Source of the DNA: Octopus sinensis
Lineage: Eukaryota
Reading direction: 5' to 3'
NCBI RefSeq assembly: GCF_006345805.1
Contig: NC_043003.1
Span: 68,076,001 to 68,140,000, forward strand
DNA length: 64,000 nucleotides
The notes beneath the pieces were generated by a model. The model was not told the DNA's origin. It saw nothing but the letters and a program-made list of their open reading frames with translations, and did no database searches. Shown in pieces: positions 52,926 through 63,225 of this stretch (position 1 is the first letter of the stretch; each line of letters starts with the position of its first letter). Position numbers and translations under genes: made by a program.

Positions 52926-54424
52926 TATATATGGATGTATACATGCATATATATATATATGTGCGTGTGTATGTATGTATATGCATGTTTTTTGTATATG
53001 TTCCTGCGATTCCTGATTTACTGGATTACAAATTTAATGATGAAATGGAAACAATCTTCTTTCATTTCAAGTATTAAGCGTAAGATTTTGCATGAATATC
53101 AAACATGTAAATGTCAATATAATCTTGTAACTTCTTTTCCCAATTTGTTAGTGTTTTATTTAAGAATTTAAGCCATGAGTAATATTACAGATGACAAAGA
53201 AAGATGTAAATCTGAAATTAAATGTAGTTATTTTTTTCAGTTTAAAATCAGTATATTTCCAGAAATAACGTTAAGAATTAGAATTACAATGTTATTACTT
53301 TGAATGGAAAACAGGAAAAAACAAAGTTAAAAATATATTCAATTGATGTAATAGAAATAATTTTATATCTTCTTTTTGCTACACTATGTCATGCATTTTC
53401 TATTTGTCGCATAGAGTGCCCTTTCTTAAATTCCAATATTTTATGCAACGTGGTTATTTATTGGCAATATCCCTCAGAAAATTGCCTCTAATTGATAATT
53501 ATTACATGCGTGCCAACTTGAAGTAAATCCAATGAAAAAGGAGCGATATAAAAGGGAAAGTAAAGAGGAAAATGGATTATGCAATTAAATGAAGAATACA
53601 CGAAATCTAATACTTTCAAATATATACATTAAGTTCATTTAAATTGTTATATAAAATATATAGCTCAGGTAAACGTCTAAGAAAGGTAGGCTGGCATTGA
53701 TTTCCGTTTCCAGCTATTTCGTCTTATTGCATAATTTCATCGACAGTAATTTTCGAGAAAGTATTTAAGACCTCAAAAGTTCCTTGAAATGTGTGTTGTC
53801 GAAACAATTCGAAAATTTGTTAGGAAAATATGCTAGGAAAAGCAAAATCGGAATCCAGATATGATAAACGAATCGGAAAAGAAGTGATAAAGAAGGCAAA
53901 TCAATATTTAATTAAGTGCTACGTTAAAGTACGGAGACCCAGTATACACAGGACATGCTATGTCTTAAAAACCCAAGTAGATAGCACCTAAGTGTTATTA
54001 TAAGGCATATAGGGATTCAATGTTTTTTTTTCGCCAATAAATATACGGTTGTTGGTATCTACTCTCTATGAATTTGCCTATTTTGGCTAACGGTACAATA
54101 TGCTAATGATTTTCAATAAACCCATGTGTCGAAAATCTACCTTACACTAATTTCTGAGAGAATTGAAGATATAATCAATAATAAATCTCTGAGCTAGATG
54201 TAAGCACTAGCTGCACGACATTGTAAAGTATATTTGCCACCTAAATGTGGCTGACCCATATGGGACGATGTAGATTATAGCCCCAGAAAGCTGGCTAACT
54301 GCACACTGTGTGTACCCGACCAGTATTTGCGAAGGGAAAACATCGTTCCCATCTCTAGCCTGACGTGACACACACGGCCCTGGGTTTCTAGGGGGTAAGC
54401 TTTCACCAGCGTGTGACAATATCC

Positions 54425-56645
54425 GGCTTCTCTCCTTATTATAGGCACAAGGCCTGAATACAGAGGGGATATACACAAACATACGCGAACAAAAGAAATA
54501 CATATGAAAGAAGGAATTACAATGAATTCAATTATAATGAATATGAGACGTGATTTCTTTTTTGCAATTAAACGTTCTTACAGTCTTTTTTCTTTTTTTC
54601 CTTTTTTAGCATGTTCTTTTTCTTAATCTTCTAATTTTTTTTGTATCATTTTTTCTTTATACATTTTAACAGTCTATTTCCATGGTTTTTTTTTTTATGA
54701 AGTACAAATTTTACTTATTTTTAAATTTTCATAAACGGTTTCAAATCTTCTAATTCCACGACAGGCTCGTCAAACTCGACTTCAACTCCCAGCGGATCTA
54801 TGAAAAGTCCATACATTTCTCTCAATTTCGAAAATCTCTCTTTATTTATCACTAATCCTTTAGTGTATTCCGGGTATTTTCCTGGCGGCAGCTTTTCTCT
54901 TATTACTGATTTAAATTTTACAATCGTTTTCTCTATTTCTTTACTTTTGGAATACGTTACCAATTGCCACATATATATTTTCCTTTTCACTTCTGTTTGC
55001 TTCGGCTCCCGTCCTGATCTGTTCGGGCGTGAAGAAACATCATAACCAATTTTATAATCGCTTCCTTTTTCTCCCTGTTGTAAAACTGTTTTTTCCTTTG
55101 TGTCTTCTTCCACTACAGCTTCTGTTGGTGCTTTACAATTATTTCTCTTTTCTTCTTTCCCATCTCCTTTAGCCTTTTTTGAATGTCTGGGGGAGAATTC
55201 ACCCGTTCCTTTCTCCTCCTCGTGTTTACTACTGTAAAGGGTGCCTCCACTCTATCTGTCACTTTCGTTGGTACTACCTCTTCGGTATTGTTTTCTTCTC
55301 TTTTCTTCTCCTCTTCGTTTTCCTTCTCGGGACATCTTGGTTTCATGTGCCCCTTTTTGCCGCATAGGCAGCATGTTGGTATTCTTTCTATTGTTATTCG
55401 AAGTCTGCTGTCTTCCGGGAGTAGTATTCCCTCCGTTATACGGATCATTTCGGTTTGAACGGCAGTTTTTTAAAATAATTTCCACGTAACTAAACACTTT
55501 TAAACTTCGTATACTAGTAGAATGTGTTTATAAAACATCATTTTTCTCTTGGCTTTATTGAGAAAATTCTATAGTTTGTAAGATATTCGTTGTTTTTTTT
55601 CTTCAAGTTCTACAATTTCAACCAATCAATGATGTCTATTTAGGTGAAAACATTCTGTTCTGTATGAATATGTCCCTCGTTTGAGAAACAGATTGGGTTT
55701 ATTTACATTTCTGAAGAAAAAAAGATACCCTTCCCCCACACCTAACCAACCCTAACCCTAAAACAGATCGAAATTCAATAGATCGATACTAGGGTCATAA
55801 TTATGGGTGACAATTTCATATGACACCGCTAGAAAAAACTGCCGTTCAAACCGAAAAGATCCCGTTATACTATGCAAGTCTTCCAAAGATACTTGCATGG
55901 TCACTTCGAGGCTATATCCCTACCAGTTGGACTTTGGGATCCTCGTTATCATGAGGATCTCTACCCCATCCTTCATATCGTGCATTATGGCTGCTACGAG
56001 CCATTCTTCGCGATTTCGGTGGGCACTCTTTCAACTCTGACTGCGCGTTTGCCACAGTAAAGCAGAAGTTGTATCCAGTTCGTTGTCTGTAACGGCTCCG
56101 TGGAGTGGTTTATGGTATCTTCATCGTTGCCAAACCTTAATTCTACTGAGCCATACTTTCCACGTGTATAGAATGTGGTCAATTTTTTTCACATTTTCGA
56201 GGCATTCCTCTATTTCTTCTGTTGGGGCTAACACCATCTTGTTCGAGGACATAGACAACGTTTTGTATACTACCGTCCTCTTCTCTATGATTTTCATCAG
56301 TTCTTCTGGGGGAGTCAGTTTTAGACTGGTTCCCTCCTTTTTTTACAAATTTTCTTCCTTCCTTCCTCTTTCTTGTGTCAATTTCTATTTCCTGTACTTC
56401 CAGGGTGTTGGCATTCATTCCTTGTGTCATTGCCACTGCGTAACTTTGTCTATTCTCCATCTTTCTTCACTCTTCGTGTAGACGGGGATTATACAGGTGC
56501 AAAGGAAACAGTGACTGAAATTCAATAATTTACACAATCATCCAATGAATCTTGGTTCACCCGAGCGGTGAAACCTACAGCAAACATACAATATCAGTGC
56601 ATAACAATTTGAACTCACATCGAAGAGATCACAACAAACACCCAT
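54425..56645 (-). mobile_element. Apparently full-length ORF1-only (HAL1-like) Tx1/L1-clade element, family 1, interrupted by a MITE
   Basis: 5' UTR of about 185 bp; ATG at 56460; frameshifted ORF1 (..TEPLQTTNW..YCGKRAVRVERVPTEI.., knuckle CCLCGKKGHMKPRC) that reads through EDLHSIT|EGILLPED once the MITE and one TSD are removed; stop at 54721; about 290 bp of UTR ending caggccttgtgcctataataagg; no ORF2. Confidence 0.85.
55442..55862. mobile_element. Merlin-like MITE, 421 bp
   Basis: TIRs ggatcatttcggtttgaacggcagtttt / aaaactgccgttcaaaccgaaaagatcc; 8-bp TSD cgttatac (55434-55441 / 55863-55870). A GG terminus with an 8-bp TSD fits Merlin; hAT or P is not excluded. Confidence 0.85.
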
Positions 56646-56659
56646 TAGTGACAATCACC

Positions 56660-57533
56660 GGCTTTCTCTTTATTATAGGCACAAGGCCTGAATAGAGAGG
56701 GGACATACACAAACACGCGGGAACAAAAACAAAACATATGAAAGAATGAATTACTGTGAATTCAAATATAATGAATTTGAGACGGTTTTCTCGGTCCCGC
56801 TCCGAGACGAAACCGCGATTTCTTTTTTACAATTAAACGTTCATACAGTCTTTTCATTTTTATTTCCTTTTGTTCTTTTTCTTAGTCTTTTTGTTCATTT
56901 TTTCTCTTTTTTTTTTCAACTTTTTAACAGTCTATTTTCCTCATCTTTTAATATGAAGTACAAATTTTACCTACTTATTTTTAAATGTTCATAAAGGGTT
57001 TCAAATCTTCTAATTCCACGACCGGCGGGAGCTCGTCAAACTCGACTTCAACCCCCAGCGTGTCTATGAAAAGTCCATACATCTCTCTCTCAATTTCAAA
57101 AATCTCTCGTTGTCTATAACTATTCCTTTCGTATATTCCGGGTATTTTCGTGACGGCAGCTTTACTCTTATTACCGATTTAAATTTTACAATCGTTTTCT
57201 GTTTCTTTATTTTTGGAATACGTGACCAAATGCCACTTATATCTCTTCCTTTTCACTTCTGCTTGCTTCGACTCCCGTCCCGATCCGTTCGGGCGTGCAG
57301 AACCATCATAACCAATTCCACGAACGCTTCCCTCTTCTCCTCGTTGCAATGCCGCTCCATCCCGCGTGCCCTCCCTCACCACTGCTTCTGTTGGCACCCA
57401 CAACCACCTCTCCCCCTCCAGCCCCCTTGACCGTCTGGGGGAGAACTCCCCCGCTTCCCCTTCTCCCCGTATCTTCCACCGTGAAGGGCACCCACCACTC
57501 CATCCGTCTCCCTCGCCGACACCACCTCTTCGG
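56660..57533 (-). mobile_element. 5'-truncated second copy of the family 1 ORF1-only element, head-to-tail upstream of the full copy
   Basis: Collinear with about 54425-55290 (ORF1 C-terminus ..WHLVTYSK..FIDTLGVEVEFDE, same UTR, tail caggccttgtgcctataataaagaga). Confidence 0.88.
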
Positions 57534-57547
57534 CACATATATCCTTA

Positions 57548-57650
57548 CGCAGCACTAACTTTATAGTTCTGGGTTCAGTTCTACTGCGTGTAATTTTGGG
57601 CACGTTTTTTCTACTACAGCCTTAAGCTGACCTACGTCTTGTGAAAAGAT
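57548..57650 (+). mobile_element. Degenerate SINE family A head fragment
   Basis: gttctgggttcagttctactgcgtg...ctactacagcc. Confidence 0.55.
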
Positions 57651-58708
57651 GTTTTTTCCCTCTCAGGATGGAGATTATTTTCGGAATATTTTTCACATAA
57701 GCACCGTTTTGGGTATTTATACTCGGAAAATCTCTAATATCTGAACAATCACTTGTCCGATTTACCCATTATGCGCCAGTTTGGATGGGTAACATTGTAA
57801 GATTAACAAATTACAACACCCTACAAAAAGTAACCGTAATCCTCATAAGAAGATAGAGAAAACAAGACGAAAAGAGAGTGGCAGATACATAGGATACAAC
57901 TAAACAATATGCAGCACGAACGGCAGTAAAAGAATACAAACGCGAAGGAATCTTTGAGTGGAATTTCCTAGTAGAAATAATGACAGAAGCGATAGTACAC
58001 TGAATCTTACAAGTGAAGTAAACCACCCAGGCATACACACACGCACACACAAACAATACACTTCAAAGAAATACGATGGCCAGAGCCCCAGACATGCGAA
58101 AAGCCACCGCAAAAGAAGGAAGGCCCAAATATAAACAGCCACACAGTACATGATAATGCCCAAAGTACTAGGAGTTCCAGGACTTCTCTGTTATGGTACA
58201 ATGCTGGATTCGAGAAATAAATAAATTCCAACAATCCAAAGTAGCCTTTCAACGCGTTCGAGAAACACTTTCTCAAGTCTAGCAAATACCATAGAATATC
58301 CAATACGAACAATTCCTGCGCGCTTTTTCCATTAGCCGTAACCTAGCACAGATCATAGTAGCACACAGCGCGTGAAGGACCGATGAAAATAGTCGACTAG
58401 ACGAGAAAATTACCCCATTAACGGAAATACTAATAACAATAAACCGGGTGAGACTATAGGAATAATTAATAACAGAAAATACTCGAAAACTAACACAGAT
58501 AGTATCATAGGATCTACTTACCTGGTATCGGCCTCGTCAACCACGTCTTTCCCTAGGGGAAACAATGTACTGCAGGCGTAGACGGATAGGTGTCGTGGAT
58601 CGACGACGTGACTATATTTGATGGGGCGTCACAAGCAAGCACGTAATCACCCAAATATACATTGCCCCTATATGAGATCTAAACTATCTGCAGGATAAGA
58701 TCAACTTA

Positions 58709-59137
58709 GGATCATTTCGGTTCGAACGGCAGTTTTTTCTAGCGGTGTCTTATGAAATTGTCACCCATAATTATGACCGTAGTATCGATCTATTGCATTT
58801 CAATCTGTTTTAGGGTTAGGGTTGGTTAGGGTTAGGGGTGGGTGGAAGGGTATGTTTTTTTCTTCACAAATGTAAATAAACCCAATCTGTTTCTTAAACG
58901 AGAGACATATTAATACGGTACAGAATGTTTTCACCTCAATAGACGGTCATTGATTGGTTGAAATTGCCGAAATGTAAGAAATTAAAGACCAAATATCTTA
59001 CAAACTATAGAATTTTCTCAATAAATCCAAGTGAAAAAAAGATGTTTTATAAGCACATTCTACCAGTATACGAAGTTTACAATTTTTTAGTTACCTAGAA
59101 ATTATGTTAAAAACTGCCGTTCAAACCGAAAAGTTCC
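58709..59137. mobile_element. Merlin-like MITE, 429 bp, second copy in opposite orientation
   Basis: Same TIRs; 8-bp TSD tcaactta (58701-58708 / 59138-59145); internal sequence is the reverse complement of 55442-55862. Confidence 0.88.
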
Positions 59138-59919
59138 TCAACTTATCCTATGCTGTTATAAATTTTGTACGGTAATTTCTTCCCAAATTGCTCACAAAAT
59201 GTTTTCATGTACCACATGCAAGGACTATTTGACTATTACAACTTACATGAAGCCTGGAATCCTATGCATATAAAATGATCCACAGATCCAAAACAATGAG
59301 AAAGAAAAGGTTTTAGCGTAACTGAGAAGCGATATTAGAATATAATTCACCAATGATGACAAATTGGAAATGATGCACATGCGTTATGCACGTATACCGT
59401 TTAGATACTCCATCATTCGTGACCCACTTAGAAGTAAGATACGCGTTTCCACGTTCATGTGTCTCTAGCTTCTCTTAAGTGATTGAACTTAATGAGATAC
59501 TCGGTTATAGTATGAATCCCCTCTGGGAAAACGCTTTTCTTAATATCTACTTTACCAAAACAACGTGATCTTCGTGAAGAAACGAATTATTCTTCAGGCA
59601 TTCAATTTGCTCTTATCATTGTTAGTTATTGGAAATCTAGCGAACTAAATATCGATGATGCATGTTTAAATGAAGATTGTGCTACAAGAACAAACGTACT
59701 ATACATTACATTACAAATAAGTATTAATGGCTAAACCTGCTGGTCTTAAAATGTTCAAATATACACGTTCATACATACATAAATATGCAAAGAACACGAC
59801 AATACACTTTTAAATCTCAGTAAAAATACACGGCATTGATACAAGAAATGCCCGCACTTATGTGTGGCTATACCACGGAATGCACATCTAAATACACCCA
59901 CTAATGTAGGCATATATGT

Positions 59920-60097
59920 ATAAATATATACATATATGTATATATTATGTGTGTGAGTGTGCGTGTGTATGCGCGCGTGTGTGTGTATCAGCATATATAT
60001 CAACACACGCATACTCACACACATACGTAGATACATACATACATACATACATACATAATACATACATACACGCATACATACATACACACACACACAC

Positions 60098-60163
<66 letters not shown>

Positions 60164-60182
60164 GTATACACACACATATGTA
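59920..60182. repeat. Compound TG/CATA/CA/TA microsatellite block
   Basis: Directly visible. Confidence 0.9.
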
Positions 60183-60515
60183 TGTGTACGTTATACTTAC
60201 AGAAATATTACCGTGGGGTGTAATTTAATCTTTTGATGAAAGTTAAAAAGACATGCCCGGTTTGAAATTTCTATTTATGTTAGTTAATGCATATACACTT
60301 AATTAGATAAAAATCATAACTATGGGATAACATCAGTTGGCGTATTTACCTGGCCGCTTAATTCCAACTTGAGGATTCCGGCGAGAAAATTTGTTAAAAG
60401 CTTCTCTCTGTTGGAATGTCTTCTTTATTATCAGATGTTACACGTGACTTTCTTTGCATTATCTTACACACAAACACAAACAGTATGATAAATGCAAAAT
60501 ATAATTTATACGATT

Positions 60516-60616
60516 TGTTCGCTACGCACGTTTCAACAATGCCTGTAATTGAATCCTCTTGCAATGTCTGTTGACTGCATTTGAATCCTGATCTATTATA
60601 GTTCTTTAGGCGAGCA
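60516..60616 (-). ncRNA. Degenerate hammerhead (G5A core) with a long stem II insert
   Basis: Minus strand: tgctcgc, CTAAAGA, about 65 nt, GAAA, CGUGCGU, A, gcgaaca; stems I and III pair. Confidence 0.5.
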
Positions 60617-60739
60617 CTTTATTTCATTATATTGAAACCGATCAATTGCTACTGCAATATATGGTGTGTCACACGCACTTAAACTAGAGTAGGTATCACA
60701 CGCACTTAAACTACAGTATGTACAAGGCCGCTGCTCGGT

Positions 60740-60945
60740 ATCTACTCGGCCTCTATTCGAAAAGGATGTAACGCAAATCAACCTCCACAGAATTTGAACT
60801 CGGAGCGTAAAAACGGAAGAAATACCTGCTGCTTGCGAACGGTTCTGCTAGCTTGCTGCCTTTGTTCTCAGTTTTGACACAAGTCCAGTAATTTCGGGAC
60901 AGGAATTAGTCGATTACAATGACCCCCAAACCCAAATGGTACTTA
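60740..60945 (-). mobile_element. Degenerate SINE family B pieces
   Basis: aaggatgtaacgcaaatcaacctccacagaatttgaactc...ggttctgctagcttgctgcctt; tail-like gtcgattacaatgacccc. Confidence 0.55.
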
Positions 60946-61129
60946 ATGCAGTTCGATATTTAAGAAATGAGGAATTATGTAAATTATTTACATTATCTAC
61001 ATTTGACGTATAATCGTCCTCATCGAGTTTGTTGTTAACACAGCGTTTAGGCCGATGTGACCTCCAGGCTTCATCAGGTATCTTGGGGAAATCTCGAACC
61101 TTGTTTCTCCTTCCTAAGATATTTTTCGA

Positions 61130-61130
<1 letters not shown>
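60945..61130 (-). mobile_element. SINE family E tail (hammerhead-core repeat), no head
   Basis: Reverse complement is collinear with 62715-62915; followed by (TTA)n. Confidence 0.8.
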
Positions 61131-61166
<36 letters not shown>

Positions 61167-61604
61167 TTTTTTTTTTTTTTTTTTTTCCTTCTTTCTTCAA
61201 ATTTTCTTCCGTTTTTCACCGAGTGTTTTCTGTACACCTAGAGCAGAGAAGCTCCTTGTATGCATTCCCAGATTAAACACGCAAATTCACAGATAAAATA
61301 TGTATTTAAAAAATTAATAAATAAATAAATTCATGAATGGATGTTGTTTTCACAGCGATAATGCTCTTCTCAGTACATGAGCCGTTCCAGTTAACACGAT
61401 ATTTTGCACCTCCTGTGGCGATGGTAAGCCTGGTATCATTTTCAAATAGGTTTCAATACCTTTCTTTTATCATTCCTAGAGATCCTACAATCACTGCTAC
61501 TGTAGTCGCCTTGAGATACTACAGTTTCTATTACGAAGTCTTTATATTTACTGATCTTGCCAAATTCTTTATTATTATTACTATTATTATTGCTATTATT
61601 ATTC

Positions 61605-61670
61605 AGGTCACTGCCTGGAATCGAACTCGGAATCTTGGGGTTAGTAGCAGGCGCTCTTAACCGCTACGCT
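61605..61670 (-). mobile_element. tRNA-like head of SINE family E
   Basis: Minus strand gcgtagcggttaagagcgc...ccgagttcgattccaggcagtgacctg, then (AAT)n. Confidence 0.75.
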
Positions 61671-61689
61671 TTATATCTAAAATAATAAT

Positions 61690-62610
61690 AATGACATCGA
61701 AAAATACCTTATGAATGAGAATCCAGGTTTGAAATTTCACCAAAGCACCTGATGAAGGCTGGATGTTCCGACGTACATTCAAGCCGAAGACACTGGACAA
61801 CTTCCAGAAGGTCTCTGGCATGGCAATGCTACAGAGGAGCTCTACCTGTTCGGGATAAACTCGCAAGGCACGGTGGCCGAGACAGTACGATATGTCCAAG
61901 ATGCGGGCGGGATAGGGAAACCGTCCCGCACGCTATTGTTCATTGTCCGGACGTGTCTGAGGTGTGGGTTTATGCCGAAAAGCTGTTGTCAAGTACACGA
62001 AGAGTACAGCTGTAGACTGAGTCGATTACAAAAATTGACCCACCGGATTTCCTCGCGAATGAAGGTAAGTTTCGTTTTCTCGTTGTAGTAGCAATTGCGA
62101 AAGAGGTGATATGGAAGACGAGAATGAAAGGTCTACAGTCAGGCAAGTTCATCTCCGGCCCTGGTTTGGTGAATTATTTCATCTTTCACCTGAAAAGGAA
62201 GATAGGGCTGGAGAGAATATGCCTGACTAAGAGAGTGTATGAAGAACGATGGAAAGATGTAGCACGAAAGTTGCGAGTGAATGATACAACATAAATGTAA
62301 CACCAAACGAAACCAAAAGTATCAGTGGGGAGGCGAGGCTCGTGGGGTCTGAGCTAAACCCGCACCCACTCCACCCGTAATGTCTTCCGGTATGTTCCAA
62401 CATTCGATTTCTTGCTATTTTTGTAAATTTCTGTAAATTTTTAAAATTCGCTTTTTTGTAAAACCCATTCGTGTGTCTGACCCCATCATCAGATTGTATT
62501 GTCCCCTCTATGTGGCCCGTAGTGGGTAATAAAGAAATAACCTCATGAAGGCTGGAGTGTATATCATCCGAAAAATTATTTTAATAACAAACAGCATGAG
62601 TACAAATAAT
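61690..62610 (+). mobile_element. SINE family E tail split by a Tx1 insertion (halves 61690-61763 and 62540-62610)
   Basis: Collinear with 62715-62850 after removing the insert. Confidence 0.75.
61764..62539 (+). mobile_element. 5'-truncated Tx1/L1-clade LINE: ORF2 C-terminal zinc-binding domain plus 3' UTR
   Basis: RSLAWQCYRGALPVRDKL...CPRCGRDRETVPHAIVHCP..VW, AKEVIWKTR; stop at 62293; tail gtgggtaataaagaaata; 17-bp TSD acct(g/c)atgaaggctgga (61747-61763 / 62540-62556). Confidence 0.92.
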
Positions 62611-62612
62611 CA

Positions 62613-62915
62613 TGGGCACATGGCGGATTGGTTAAGAGCGCGGATACTAACTCCTAGATACCGAGTTCGATTCCAGGCAGTGGCCTAAATAGTAATAATA
62701 ATGATAACAACAACAACAACAACACCAACAACATTGAAAAATATCTTAAGAATGTGAATCCCGGTTCGAAATTTCCCCAAGACTCCCGATGACGGCTGGA
62801 GGGTATATCAGCCGAAACGTTGTATTTACTACAATCAAGATGAGGACAAATATCCGTCAAATGTATATAATGTGAATAATGTACATAATTCCTCATCTCT
62901 TAAATATAGAACTGT
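62613..62915 (+). mobile_element. SINE family E, full: tRNA-like head, (AAT/AAC)n, hammerhead-core tail
   Basis: A box tggcggattggttaagagc, B box gagttcgattcca; tail gactc-CCGATGA-c-ggctg..cagcc-GAAACGTT-gta (62781-62826). Confidence 0.82.
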
Positions 62916-62979
62916 ATTAATCGTAAGAATATATTAATAGGAATTTATGGTAGCGTTTCAAATTTTCCTTTGGTAGTAT

Positions 62980-63147
62980 GAAAGGAGTCGGCGAGATGGC
63001 ACAATCGTTAGCAAGTCGAGCAAAATGCTTGGTTGATATTTTGTCCGTCTTCATGTTTTGAGCTCAAATCCCGTCGAGGCCGACTTTACTTTTTATACTT
63101 GCGAGGTCGATAAAATAATTACCAGTCGAACACTGGGGTCGATGTAA

Positions 63148-63181
<34 letters not shown>

Positions 63182-63225
63182 ACCGAATTCGCTGACCTTA
63201 TGCCAAAATTTCAAACCGATATTAT
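62980..63225 (+). mobile_element. Degenerate SINE family B
   Basis: ggcgagatggcacaatcgttagc...gagctcaaatccc..gaggccgacttt...ggggtcgatgtaatc. Confidence 0.75.

Noticed and set aside
58007-58312. 101-aa hydrophobic ORF as a membrane protein
   Set aside because: Hydrophobicity follows from T-rich composition, it ends in a TG repeat, and there is no family signature.
58514-58530. U1 snRNA-like start (tacttacctgg)
   Set aside because: Downstream sequence does not follow U1; it is better read as a minus-strand splice donor.
59370-59468. Peptide HMRY..YSIIRDP resembling a sulfotransferase motif
   Set aside because: Short, bounded by stops, wrong spacing and no convincing splice acceptor.
62613-62685. 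Genuine tRNA gene
   Set aside because: A and B boxes are present, but there is no clean acceptor stem or terminator, and it runs into a SINE body. The same applies to the other SINE heads.
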